Positions 13,060 to 26,488 of a stretch of 64,000 nt of DNA are shown piece by piece. Each line of letters begins with the position of its first letter. The first letter of the stretch is position 1. The notes below the pieces were generated by a model. The model was not told where the DNA came from. It saw only the letters and a program-made list of their open reading frames with translations, and did no database searches. The DNA is taken from contig OX597823.1 in NCBI GenBank assembly GCA_951406725.2, positions 27,714,001-27,778,000 on the forward strand. Direction: 5' to 3'. Origin of the DNA: Octopus vulgaris (Eukaryota). Made by a program: the position numbers and the translations under genes.

Positions 13060-13656
13060 CACTAGCGTAGTTAGAGTGTGTGCCCCCCCCCGGGTGCGAA
13101 ATTTTTTTCCCACGAAAGTTCCGGACCACAGTTATGAATCATTTGCATACAGCTAATCAGAGCTCGACTATCAAACTAATTTATGAGCGCATAACAACTG
13201 ATGGCGAGAAGATAAGGTCACTTGGATAAAGAATGATCATACTTCTCTTTTAATAATGCTTGTTGTTCTAGTTCTTGTTCCAACCATGGCTGTCTCTGCG
13301 TAGTTATTTGTGTTGTTGTTTACTTTCTAAAACAGTAAGGGGTGAGGGCTGCTAGCACATCACCCTCTACCCACATTTTCCCATCCACATCTTTACCATA
13401 TGGGAGCCCTAACAAAATCCGATAATAGATACAGATGCAAATCTATCTAATTACTTGTCTCCTTCTAAAGCCAGGCATAACTCGGCGATCGGTCGACCTA
13501 CAACACTGTTCTTCGTCTTGAGTGTTTGTTAACTTGACAACAAGGTCAAGATGAGCTGCGATTGGCTGTATGCAAATGAGTTCATTACTCACGAAGGAAA
13601 AAAAAATTCGCGCCCGGGGCGGACCGCCCCTACCGTCCCACCTTACTACCCTAATG
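13060..13656. mobile_element. hAT MITE hosting MULE MITE copy 2 (13096-13611)
   Basis: Host termini CACTAGCGTAG / CTACCCTAATG with 8-bp TSD ACTCCCAA/GCTCCCAG. Insert has the family TIRs and a degenerate 9-bp TSD CCCCCGGGT/GCCCGGGGC. Confidence 0.75.
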
Positions 13657-14029
13657 GCTCCCAGTATTGTCAGCTAACGAGGGCAGACCAGCAACATTAT
13701 TAAGAATTGCGTAAACAGCAATTTTTAATATTAGCACAATGCTGGACATTTTTCTAAAGGGCAAAGTATTATTGTTTAAGTCAGCTTAGTAATTAATTGA
13801 TTGGTATTTTATTGAGCCTGGATGTGTAAAATAAATAAAGTGGAGCCGGACGCGAAATTTTTTTCCCACGAGAGTTCCGGACCCCAGTAATGAACTCATT
13901 TGCTTACAGCCAATCAGAGCTCACCTTGATCTTGTTCATCTACGCAGAGGCAGCCATGGGATAACGAAGGATCAGATCCGTTCAGCTCTCAGACTATGCC
14001 TAGACGCAAAGCCCAACATAAAATTCGTG

Positions 14030-14178
14030 AATGTACATTATTTACATTTGACGGATATTTGACCTCATCTTGTTCTGTTGCTAACGCAACGTTTCGGCTG
14101 ATATACCCTCCAGCCTCTATCAGGTGTCCTGGGGGAAATTTCGAACCTGGGTTCTCATTCCTAAGGTATTTTTCGATG

Positions 14179-14246
<68 letters not shown>

Positions 14247-14827
14247 GAGTGAAAGAGCAGTGCATGCCATCAAAGTGACACTGGGGTAAAATATACGAAG
14301 CCCAGTATACCCATCATGACTACCCATCTGATAAGGGTACACCAGGCACATGCATCACAACCATATGTACATGACAGTGTGATCTCATATCAAGATAAAC
14401 AGCGCATGACCTTGCAGGTGGGGTCCAGTTAGAATTTTGTTCTGATCGAGTAGCCCATCCCGTTCAAAAGATCCCTGAATGAGGATTGTTTAAGGATGTT
14501 GAACGTACCACCCATGTTTCCAAAGGCGAATTATCCAAACCTCCAAGAATCCCTCTCAACACATGGCTATGATGCTCCCCCACTACTTCTGTTCGTAATC
14601 AGAGATGCACATATCGTCAGCCACTAATGGACATGCTCAACTGGTTAAGGTCAAACGACTGACAAGCAAATCTGTGGTATTGAGCAGAATATTTGTTGTG
14701 ACCCACATTTTATACCAAGACAAAACAATGTACATGATAACAGTTCCAATCAGTTAAGACCAGAAGCCACGAGATCCACTGTCTGGTACTTCATCAGGGC
14801 GTGGTACTGCATCTGGGCAAGGTACTG

Positions 14828-14863
<36 letters not shown>

Positions 14864-15087
14864 GTCAGAATTAAAACAAGAGTGCCATTGTCATCTAGTG
14901 AACGATGTTTCAACACCTTGTGTGTCTTCAACAAGTTCAAAATATAAATTTGTCAATCTACTTTATTTTGGTTAATATAGAAACTTTTCCAGAAGATATA
15001 GAGTCAAAATTATCATTATTCAGGTCACTGTCTGGAATCGAACTCGGAAACAGCCCGCGCTCTTAACCACTACTCCATATGTCCGTG
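14030..15087 (-). mobile_element. SINE family E: tRNA head + (AAT)n + hammerhead-like 3' region, copy 1 (interrupted)
   Basis: Minus-strand A-box TGGAGTAGTGG and B-box GAGTTCGATTCC at 15030-15080; hammerhead-like motif at 14083-14128; same parts in the same order at 36369-36629. Confidence 0.7.
14247..14830 (-). mobile_element. Non-coding element inserted in a (TAA)n tract
   Basis: ~580-bp block with (TTA)n on both sides and a triplicated GGTACTGCATC-like motif at one end. R4/Dong-type origin and strand are inferred from the target only. Confidence 0.45.
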
Positions 15088-17537
15088 AATGTGCTAAAAA
15101 CGACCAATCTCTTGGTAAAATACACTCTACCTAGTAAACTCAAGACGAAGAACAGTGTTGTAGGTCGACCGATTTCCGAGTTTTGCCTGATTTTAGAAGG
15201 AGACAAGTAATTAGATAGATTTGCATCTGTATCTATTATCGGATTTTATTAGGGCCCCATATGGTAAAGATGTGGATGGGAAAATGTGGGTAGAGGGTGA
15301 TGTGCTAGCAGCCCTCACCCCTTACTGTTTTAGAAAGTAAACAACAACACAAATAACTACGCAGAGACAGCCATGGTTGGAACAAGAACAACAAGCATTA
15401 CTAAAAGAGAAAAGAAGCACGGTCATTCCTTACCCAAGTGACCTTATCTTATCGCCCATCACTTGTTATGCGCTCAAAAATTATTTTGATAGTTGAGCTC
15501 TGATTAGCTGTATGCAAATGATTCATAACTGTGGTCCGGAACCCTCGTGGGAAAAAAATGTTGCGAGACGGACAGGATTTAAACCTATAACATAAAGTAG
15601 CCGCAAAGTATTTTGTTAGATGCTCAAGCCAACTGACCGATATTTCACGACGAAGAAATACCCTCTTTGTTATTCATTTGTATTTTCTTTTTCATATTGT
15701 TACGTATTTTCGATGGCTCCACCTATGTTGCCGACTCACCACTATACCATCGTGATGTAACAATGCAGTCTCTTTATTCTTTGTATTTTCTTGTGCATTC
15801 TGTTACGTATTTCGTTGATTAAGGTCACAACAGCATTAGATTATGGATTTATTAATCTCATTAAAAAAGGAACGCTATAATTATCGAAGAGGTATTAAAT
15901 CGTTAAGCATTCACTTTTAAGCTGTTGTTTTATGCAACAAAGCTGGGGTTGAGTTAATTCATACTTAATTTATAAAATATAATCATCTCAAAACTGATAA
16001 TGCACAACGATAAAAACTGCCATCAATTTTTTAAAAAACAGGAACGCGGGTTTACAATCAATGACATTGTCTTAATATTATGTTGTTAAAGCAACTGAGC
16101 GACCGCGATGGCTGTATTATGTGGTTGTCGACGACTGTGGAAAAAAAAACTGTCTCAACGAAATACAATCTATCTTTATGAAATGTTTGAATAAAGCATG
16201 TTGTTCCTTTAATTCAAAACAATTTTATAGCAGCTGAAAACTTTTCATAAAAGCAGATGGAAGCGATTTATCGACTTCACAACAACGTGGTTTAAATTTG
16301 AATGTAAAAACAGTGAAAATGTCACCGCGACTCTGACCAAAATAGGAATTGCTTTACTCTTTTTTCTTTTTTTTTTTTTTTGTGATACAGAACCAAATAT
16401 TGCTGCACAACCAACATGTGCCAAAAATTATCGTTGAATTGTTTCTTCGGTATGAGTCAAATAAAAAGAAAAAACAATAGATGAGAGAGAAAAACTTCAC
16501 CACTATGTGGGTACAAAAACACGATTTATAAGTTTGCAATAACTTTTCTACTATAGGCACAAGGCCTGAAAATTAGGAAATAGTCAATTTCAGCGAATCC
16601 AGTGTCTTACTGGTACATAATTTATCGACCCCGAAAGAATGAAAGGTAAAGTCAACCTAAGCGGAATTTGAACTCAGAACGTAGCGACGGGCGAAATACC
16701 ACTAAGCATTTCGTCCAGCGTGCTAACGATTCTGCCAACTCGCAGCCTTATATAAGTTTGAAATAACGATTCTATTTTGATAAACCTGTACTTATTATTA
16801 TAGGTATACGTGGCGACGCGCTGGCACACTTGTTAGCATGCCGGGCAAACTACTTAGCGACATTTCACCTGTCTTTTAGGTTCTGAGTTCAAATGCCACC
16901 GAGGTCGACTTTGTCATTTATCCTTTCGTGGTCAATAAAATAAGTAGCAGTCGAGTACTGGGGTCGATGTAACCGACTTTACCCCTCACCCAAAATTGCT
17001 GGCCTTGTGCCAAAATTTGAAAGCAGTTTATTTTTGTTGATGAAAACAATAATGTAACCATGGTGAATGATCCCGATTATCACTGCCCTGGTTTGGCAGT
17101 GGGTCAGCATTGCATGGCAACTTTAAGCACGAACCCTGAAGTAAAAGTGCTTTTGATAGACTAATCGATTATATCGACCCCAGTGTTTCACTGGTACTTA
17201 ATTTATCGACCCCAAAAAGATGAAAGGCAAAGTCGACCTCGGCGGAATTTGAACTCAGAACGTAGCGGCAGACGAAATACCTATTTCTTTACTACCCACA
17301 AGGGGCTAAACATAAACAGGACAAACAAGGACAGATAAACGGATTAAGTCGATTACATCGACCCCAGTACTTAATTTATCAACCCCGAAAGGATGAAAGG
17401 CAAAGTCGACCTCGGCGGAATTTGAACTCAGAACGTAGCGGCAGGCGAAATACCGTTAAGCATTTCGCACTACAAAATATAATGATCTTATTGTCGTGAT
17501 TTGTCAGTCATCTTTTTAAAAAAATCAATTCGAGTTA

Positions 17538-18813
17538 CGAGGGGCGTTCAATAAGTAATGCCCCTGACCCACTTCCCATAGCAGTAGAGCAACGAAACTT
17601 GGCACAGTTATTAGGCTTTTTCTACATAGGAACCACCCAGAGTTACGCATTTCTCCCATCGTTTGATGCAGCTCTGGAGACCGTTTTTGTAGAAGACCCC
17701 AGCTTGGTCCTCCAACCACGACGTGACTTCAGAAATCAAGGCTGCATCATCTGGGAAACGCTTTCCTTTCAAAAACAACTTCATGGCTGGGAAGATGTGA
17801 AAATCAGAGGGTACAAGGTCAGGAGAGTAGGTAGGATGGGGGAGGAGTTCATAGCTGTATCCCTGTGCTTCTGATCTGGCGACAGGCGAGTTGTAGACCG
17901 GAGCGTTGTCCTGCAGGAGGAGGATGCCTTTGCTGATCTTGCCCCGTCTCTTGATTTTCATAGCTTCTTTTAATTTCTTCAAAAAATGAAGCATAATAGG
18001 CTCCTTTAATTGTGGTACCCTTTGCCAGGAAATCTGTCATCACTACTCCGTCCTGGTCCTAGAAGACTGTGAGCATGACCTTGCCAGCGGAGGGCTGCAC
18101 CCTTGCCTTCTTTGGAGGAGGTGCATTGACTGGGCTTTGGTCTCTGGATCATAGTGATGGACCCAGGTTTCATCCTGTGTAATCAGTCTTTTGAAAAATT
18201 TTGACTCATCTTCTTGGCACATCTCCAAATTCATCCTCGAGCACTCGACGCGTTCTTGCTTCTGGAAATGTGTGAGCAACCTGGGAATCCATCTGGCAGA
18301 CACCTTTTGCATATGCAAATGGTCATGAATGATAGTTTCCACAGACCCGGTACTAATCTTGACCTCATGGGCTATTTGGCGAATAGTTATGCGTCGATCT
18401 TCCAAAATGGCAGCCTCAACTTGACGGACTGATGCCTCATCAATGGCAGAAGTGGGGGTGACCAGATCTGGGAGCTGTTTCCACAGAGTTTCGACCATGT
18501 TTAAATTCACGATGCCAGCATTTTACAAGGTCATATGATGGGGCATCATCACCATAAGTTACTTTCATTTCATCAAAAGTCTCTCGTGGTGTGCGTCCTT
18601 TCAAATACAAAAACCGAATCACTGCTCGACACTCAACAGGCTCCATTTCACACTTGACTCAGTTCAAACACCTGTAAATCAGAAACCACAATTAGTTCAG
18701 AGCTGTAATTTGCCACTTAATCTATAGAGATATGAATAATTGGACATGCAAAATTTCAGTTAGATCAAACAACTGCAAGTGGGTCATGGGCATTACTTGT
18801 TGAACGTCCCTCG
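17538..18813 (-). mobile_element. Full-length mariner transposon (irritans/Himar1-like)
   Basis: TA TSDs; ~37-bp TIR CGAGGGGCGTTCAATAAGTAATGCCCCTGACCCACTT; 1276 bp. Confidence 0.95.
17611..18646 (-). pseudogene. Frameshifted mariner DD34D transposase
   Basis: MEPVECRAVIRFLYLKG, WIPRLL, QDETWVHHYDP, LLQDNAP and HPTYSPDLVPSDFH are spread over several frames. Confidence 0.95.
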
Positions 18814-19029
18814 TATAGCAAGTATGGACATGGATGTGTTTAGAATGCATACGCAGAAATTTACGACTCCTCTTCTCTTCCACACAGGTTGTGGTGAGAA
18901 AATTAGTACCCTTGACATCAAGTACCTTTGTAGTCAGCCCTGGTTGGAGTTCATCGATTCCCTGGTCCTAATGGGTTTCTGTGAACGGATTATTTGAAAA
19001 AGGAAAGAACTAATTTTTTTAAATGAATG

Positions 19030-19720
19030 CTGAATCATGAGGGCTACAGAAATTCCACTTAAGAGCTTAATGCGTTTTACATCTGAATCTAAAGTCTCCG
19101 TTTCTCATTTGGAATAGGTTAAATATTATATGCACTAGCGTAGCTAGAGTGTGTACTGCCCGAGACGGCCCTTCCGTTTGTCACCCCGGACCCCACAGTA
19201 AACACATATCGCCTACAGCAGACCCCCGAAAGTGCCGGCCCTTTAAAAGTGTCAGCCCTTTAAAAGTGCCGCTCGGGGCGGAACGTCCATACCGCCACCT
19301 TCCTGGCTACGCTAGTGATTATGTGTATGATCGGCAAATAGCGTCTGATGTGAACGTCACCGTGTATGACATATTCTGATTTGACACCCATGCAGAAGAT
19401 TCACTTACTATAAAGACTATCTTCTAAAACATATAAATGCGTGTCAGGTATCAGGCAGGAGTATTTTGCTACTGGATGGATCAGATCACAGAACCTCCAC
19501 CCCCAATTGAAATGGGATGAACATTTGAGGTCTAGAAATCGCCAAATTAATTGGTGTGACCTCCCACCAGCTCCAGCTGACACCCTTAGACTCAACATCT
19601 GCAATTTCAGGAAAGGTAATTGCAGATATGGACCAAACTAGGAAGCATAAACATGCTCACAAACAAAATACTCTGAAGAAACTAGGATGCAATGCTTAGA
19701 ATTATGTAAAGTCTAAGAAC
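19030..19720 (+). pseudogene. Fossil C-terminus of an Academ-like (XPG + Cys-rich) transposon protein
   Basis: Remnants KDYLLKHI, RVRYQAGVF and W..LPPAPADTLRLNICNFRKGNC resemble the Cys-rich tail of Academ-type proteins; heavily decayed. Confidence 0.4.
19133..19317. mobile_element. hAT-type GC-rich MITE
   Basis: TIR CACTAGCGTAGC/GCTACGCTAGTG; 8-bp TSD ATTATATG/ATTATGTG. Confidence 0.85.
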
Positions 19721-21344
19721 ATGGTTAATGAAACTGTTGTATCTAATGATGAAGGCTGAAAACCATATAGCTTTTTTTAAAAAAAACCTTTTTACAGCAT
19801 TTAAATGCAAAAACTAAAATAATGCCCCACTGGAAACAAGAGATGATTAAAAAGACACTAAATGGTCAAAGTGACCGTTTGAGCTGTTGTCTATAGACAA
19901 TGATGGAATTAACAAACGTTTTCACGCTAAATATTTTCAAACGTTACGTATACACACACAGAACATCATACATATACATGCCACTTATTCTTTTCTACTC
20001 TAGGCACGAGGCCGGAAATTTTGGAGGATGGGCCAGTCGATTAGATCGACTCCAGTACGCAACTGATACTTAATTTATCGACCCCGAAAGGATAACAGGT
20101 AAAGTCGACCTCGGCGGAATTTGAACTCAGAACGTGAAGGCAGACGAAATACCGCTAAGTATTTCGCCCGGCGTGCTAACGTTTCTGCCAGCTCGCCGCC
20201 TTAGAGTAAAAAAGAATATTATAAACACAATAAAAATATTTGTGGATATTGAAGAATTGGTAAACAAAATATATTTTCTTATGTAAAATTTGTTTATTTT
20301 TGGGCGTTCACAAAAATAAATAATTGAATCTCTACGGTTTCAGTATCTTATTTGCAGTATCTTATTGCAGAAGTATCACATGCAGCACCTTATTGCAGAA
20401 GAATCACATAGATTGGGTAGGTATATGGCAGGGTCGACCCTAGCATTGCAGGCGTCTTGGGCAAGCTAAACTTCAGCGTATACAAGCTGACGGTCGTGGA
20501 AATTTCCTTGTCTTTATCACGCCCTCCTAGGCGCCCCCTAACACTTGGTGCCCCGGCCGACTGCCCGAGTTGCCGGTACCTGGTCAGTCGTATGCCAGAC
20601 CACAACAGTTTTTCCATGGCGAATTCTGTCAAGTAAAGCGTTCTTTTGGTGGGGAATAAAAGCGGGTCATAAAAGGCTTCAATACTGTGGTTGACTAATG
20701 GAAGCTGTTTATTGAAAACTAACGAACAGGTGTAAGCGCAGGAGTGATGAATGTTAAGAAGTTCGCTTCCCAACCACATGGTTCCAGGTTCAGTCCCGCT
20801 GCTTGGCACCTTGGATAAATGTCTTCTTCTATGGACCAGTACCAACCAAAGCCTTGAGAGTGGATTTGACAGACGGAAACTGAAAGAAGCCCGTCGTATA
20901 TATTGATGTGTATGTCTCTGTGTTTCTCTTACCACGTTTGACAACTGATGTGGATTTGTTTATGTCCCCGTAACTTAGACGTTAGGCAAAAGAGACCGAC
21001 AGAATAATTACCAGGCTTAAAAATTAAGTCCTGGGCTCGATTTGATCGACTAAACTCATCAAGGCGGTGTTCCAGCATGGCCGCAGTTCAATGATTGGAA
21101 CAATTAAAAGATAAAAGAAAGGTAAAAGATTTATAAACGATCAAAGTCATTTTGTTCGGCACCATTCCATCCTTTGTGGTGTACCATTGAACATTATTAT
21201 GCCTTTGCCTTTCTTACGATGGTAAACTGTTACTTGAGGGTGGTTTGGCTGCTACTTCTAGCATGTAGAATGACACAGAAGTTCCCTATTTGGTTTGTAA
21301 ATGGGCGAGTGTATCAGAAGGCACATCCTCCGATATCTTTATGC

Positions 21345-21395
21345 TGACATCATTGTCGTCGTCGTCGTTGTCATCATCCTCATCGTCATCGTTGG

Positions 21396-21445
<50 letters not shown>

Positions 21446-21488
21446 GTAGTATTATCAGCGGCAGCAGCAATATCACAATACCACCACC

Positions 21489-21520
<32 letters not shown>

Positions 21521-21540
21521 CAGCAACAACAATAACTACT
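21345..21540. repeat. Compound trinucleotide microsatellite (TCG/TCA/CCA/CAA)
   Basis: Directly visible; accounts for the homopolymeric ORFs here. Confidence 0.95.
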
Positions 21541-22159
21541 TGTAGGTGTTTCTATGTAGGTCATTGTAACATTACACGTGATCTTCCATGGCAGTTGATT
21601 CACCCTTGTCCTTTTACTGATCAAGCCGACCTTTTAAATATCCGAAGGTCAACACAGATATTTTTTTAACGAATAATTCAAATATATATATTTTTTTTTT
21701 TTTTAATGAGGGAAAATTATTTTAATTCTGTAAAAAAAAAAAAAAAACTATAGAAAATCTGTTTTAAATGTAAAAAACAAATAAGAAAATTGTGAAAACT
21801 TAACCACTGACCGCATATAATCGTATAAGAATTGCCAAAAATATATGTATGATAGGTCAAGTGTCATATGAATGAATGATATGTTAACCGCTTCTCCGCC
21901 ATACATATACACCCACTTAATTTGCCTGGAAGTCACGTAAAACAGGTCGTTTAAGGACATGAGTGATATTATAAAAGCTATTTAATTATACTTATTTTTG
22001 TTAGTCTTATATTAACGGACAGTGTCATCGACTGAGAGAGTGAAGGAGAAAGAGGACAGGATGGGCGAAAGAAAGAGAATGAAAAGAGAATGAGAAAGTA
22101 AATGAGTGAAAGAGTAGTAAGAGAGTGGTGGTATATATATTATACTACATTACGTAACA

Positions 22160-22167
22160 TTCTATGC

Positions 22168-22199
<32 letters not shown>

Positions 22200-22254
22200 G
22201 TGTGTGTGTGTGTGTATGTATGTATTTACATATACACATTCACACACACACAAT

Positions 22255-22287
<33 letters not shown>

Positions 22288-22430
22288 CCCACCACACAAA
22301 TCTTCAGGAAAAGAAAATAACGAGTGAAATAAAAATCAGATGAGTAGAAGCTGAGGAAGGAATATGTATGTGCGTGTGTGTATTATGTGTGTGTATGTAT
22401 ATATATATATATATATATTATGTATGCATG

Positions 22431-22473
<43 letters not shown>

Positions 22474-22498
22474 TATGTATATATATATGTATATATGA

Positions 22499-22553
<55 letters not shown>

Positions 22554-22640
22554 CATACATACATAATATAAATAAATACATATATATATTCATATATACA
22601 TATATATACATAATACATACATATATATATATATGCATAC

Positions 22641-22701
<61 letters not shown>

Positions 22702-23592
22702 AGCAATTAAGGGTTTAGCAACGAATTGCCTCACCACACACCGAATTTAGAAATAGCAGTCAAAGAGTTATAGCTATTCTTTCTACTAAAAGGGAGATCT
22801 CAGTAAAAACACAGCACTTGAAAGGCAAACACAGACAGGTAAGAGAGAATGAAATGACGGCAATCTATCATACAATTTTAAGTCACCTACGGACGTACGT
22901 TTCGAAATCAAGTTTTAGGAAAGCATAAGAATTAGATAATTCTATCTTACCCGACCTGTCTGTGTTTGCCTTTCAAGTGCTGTGTTTTTACTGAGATCTC
23001 CCTTTCAGTAGAAAGAATAGCTATAACTCTTTGACTGCTATTTCTAAATTCGGTGTGTGGTGAGGCAATTCGTTGCTAATCCCTTAATTGCTTAGTATTA
23101 CTTAAATTTTCCTCGAATGAGGCTTTTACATGCCGAAATCTACTTGGTGTAATTAATAATTATTCCAAATTAATTAATTTCACCCTATATTGTTACTATA
23201 TATATATATATTTATATATATATATATATACATACATAATATAAATAAATACATATATATATATATATTCATATATACATATATATACATAATACATACA
23301 TATATATATATGCATACATAATATATATATATACATACATATATATATATATTATTATATATATATATATATATATATAGATTATGTATATATATGGATA
23401 TATGAATATATATGTATTTATATATTATATATATATATATTATATATATATGTATTTATATATATTATGTATGTATGTATGTATGTGTGTTTTATGTATA
23501 TATATATATGTATATATAATATATATACATATATATGTATATATATATTCATATATACATATATATACATAATACACACATACATACATATA

Positions 23593-23641
<49 letters not shown>

Positions 23642-23760
23642 CATGCATACATTCATACAATAAATATATATATATATATATACATTCATATATACATATA
23701 TATATACATAATACATACGTACATATATATATATATATACATACATGCATACATAATATG

Positions 23761-23826
<66 letters not shown>

Positions 23827-23900
23827 GCATGCACACATATACAGACAGACACACACACACATATATACACAGAGGGAGAGGGAGAGGGAGAGAGACAAGA
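22160..23900. repeat. Large compound (TA)/(CATA)/(CA)/(GA) field split by a foldback insert
   Basis: Directly visible; interrupted at 22700-23197. Confidence 0.9.
22700..23197 (+). mobile_element. Penelope-like foldback element in (TA)n
   Basis: 141-bp inverted arms (22700-22840 / 22954-23094, 2 mismatches), then a decayed hammerhead-like CGAATGA-GGC..GCC-GAAA. Related fragment at 57271-57486(-). Confidence 0.55.
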
Positions 23901-24284
23901 GAGAGAGAGTACGGACCAAACGTTTTAGACTACTTAAAAATAAAAGACTACCTCAAAGAAATTATTTATAATTTGGGCGTCACTTAAAATGTATTTGACA
24001 AATATATTTGAGATACAGTAATGTAAACATCTGTAAGTTGTCTTCCATGTTAGTTGTTTCTGTTGTTGTTGCCATTAATGATGTTAGCTCAATGTCAACC
24101 ATAACGCGTCAGACTGATGACGCGCAGGTAGTAGGTCAAAAGGCAAAACGAAATCAAAGAACTTGTGGTCTAGATATGCCATGCTGTCTATATATATATA
24201 TATATAGTTGAGGTCCAGGACCAATGTCTCCATGAATATGAGGCGGCTCATTTATCGTATCTGATCTTTTGTACATAGAGACGC

Positions 24285-24328
<44 letters not shown>

Positions 24329-25094
24329 CCTCTCTTTGTCCCTCTTTCTCTCACCTTCTGTGACACTCTCTTTCAATCAATCTCTCTCTCTCTCTTTCTC
24401 CATCCCCATTCTTTCTCTCCATACCCCATTTCTCTCTCCACCTTCCTCTCTCTCTTACATTTAAGCATGTAGTTTCCGGGGTATCTTTTTGAAAGTTTAT
24501 TGACAGCCGTCGACACCGCTGCCGCCGTCATCACCATCATTATCACTACCGCCATTGCTGCTGCAGCCGCCATCGCCGCCATTGCCGCCATTGCCGCTAT
24601 CACCGCCGTCACCGTCACCGTCGCCGCCGTCATCGCCGCTGCCATTACCACCGCCGCCATAACCGCCTCAGTTACCACAACCGCCTCAGTTACCACAACC
24701 GCTGCAATCGCCGTTGCCATCTTGGGTATTATCAGCCGAAACGTTGTTTTTTAACAACAAACAAAATGAGGACAAAATATCCGTCAAATGTAAATAATGT
24801 AAATAATGTAATAATTCAGGTTCTAGCAGAGGAGAATAAAGGAATTAAATAAGAACGAAAACATTTCATATACTCTAAAGGAGAACGAAAACCTATTTAT
24901 CAATAACTTGAGAACTTTCCTCGTCAACTGTTTGTTGGATATCAACGTGATTTCGACATATAAAAGCAGGATTACTATTTTCGATAGTGTCATACAACAT
25001 TAAAAAAATATAGCCTAATGCGGATAGGGTACATACAGACATATTTGTACTCGGAATACGAATCACGAATGTATAAATTGTAAATTAAAACATT

Positions 25095-25160
<66 letters not shown>

Positions 25161-25163
<3 letters not shown>

Positions 25164-25461
25164 TTATATATAAAAGTGAAGTTGTGTGAGTGTCTGTCTC
25201 TTACGATTTAGATTCCAAACTACTCCCACATTTTGCGGTGCAGTTTAAACAAAAGCAGGTATCTTATAGTCGTGATTCATATCGAGCCCTCTGGGTATTA
25301 GCGCGCGTCTACGATGAGTCTACGATTTAAAAAAAAAATTACCATCATTTTTTCCCATTTTTAATGCATATTTTCCTATTATATAAGGGAAGTAACTCGC
25401 TAAAAATGTTTATATAGTTCTTTCCCTTACAAACCCGAGCAACGCCGGGCGATACTGCTAG
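25161..25461 (+). mobile_element. Non-autonomous Helitron
   Basis: 5' TCTTTATATATAAAA, 3' hairpin CCCGAGCAACGCCGGG then CTAG; inserted between A and T. Confidence 0.85.
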
Positions 25462-25907
25462 TATATATATAAATTCAAACGTAAAGATACAGACTGATAA
25501 ATATAGATATATCAATTAAATACGGATAAATAAAACATAAGAAGCCATAATATAATTCAAAAAGACGAAACATTAATGTAGTAAATAAAAAGAAAAAAAG
25601 GATAGTCTAGAGTATCAACGCTATGAGAACCAAATTTCCTCTGTCCAGCTCTCGCAGGCGCTCCCTTGGACTGGAACGAATAATTGTCGAAATGGAACTC
25701 GCGAAGAAAGGAAGTGAAAGAGATCAACATTTGCTAGTGAGAAAGATAAGGAAAAGTGACGGAGAATGAGATGACAAAAAAGAATTCAAGACTAAAACAC
25801 GCAACCTAAACTCGAGGTTAACGTTTATACAACTGGAGCATGTGTCCTCTTACTATATAACTAGTATCATTTAACTAAAAGCCCTCGTAGTAGTATTTAT
25901 ATTTCAA

Positions 25908-26488
25908 GGCGGCAAGCTGGTAGAAACGTTAGCACGCCGGGCGAAATGCTTAGTGGTATTTAGTCTGCCGTTACGTTCTGAGTTCAAATTCCGCCGAGGT
26001 CCACTTTGACTTTCATTCTTTCGGGGTCGATTAAATAAGTACCAGTTACGCACTGGGGTCGATATAATCGACTTAATCCGTTTGTCTGTCCTTGTTTGTC
26101 CCCTCTGTGTTTAGCCCCTTGTGGGTAGTAAAGAAATAGGTATTTCGTCTACCGTTAAGTTCTGAGTTCAAATTCCGACGAGGTCGACTTTGCCTTTCAT
26201 CCTTTCGGGGTCGATTAAATAAGTACGATTTACGCACTGGGGTCGATATAATCGACTTAACCCGTTTGTCTGTCCTTGTTTGTCCCCTCTGTGTTTAGCC
26301 CCTTGTGGGTAGTAAAGAAATAGGTATTTCGTCTACCGTTAAGTTCTGAGTTCAAATTCCGCCTAGGCCGACTTTGCCTTTCATCCTTTCGGGGTCGATA
26401 AATTAAATAGCAGTTACGTACTGGGACAATATAATCGACTGGCCCCCTCCCTCCAAAATTTCGGGCCTTGTGCTTAGAGTAGAAAATA
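25908..26488 (+). mobile_element. SINE A trimer
   Basis: One head, two tail-ii units and a final tail-i unit; junctions AAAGAAATA|GGTATTTCGTC. Confidence 0.9.

Larger units (their letters stand above)
13852..15564 (-). mobile_element. MULE MITE copy 3, expanded by ~1.2 kb of nested inserts
   Basis: TIRs at both ends, TSD GAGCCGGAC/GAGACGGAC; body 15120-15564 is the reverse complement of copies 1 and 2. Confidence 0.8.

Noticed and set aside
22336-23928. Many YI/CV/HT-rich ORFs
   Set aside because: Translations of dinucleotide and tetranucleotide microsatellites; the same applies to poly-N/I/L/S/T ORFs elsewhere.
24128-24148. Nuclear-receptor DR1/RORE-like site GTAGGTCAAAAGGCA
   Set aside because: Short motif expected by chance; no independent support.
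24500-24754. Ala/Thr-rich antifreeze-like ORF
   Set aside because: Degenerate GCC/ACC trinucleotide repeat without splice or start support.
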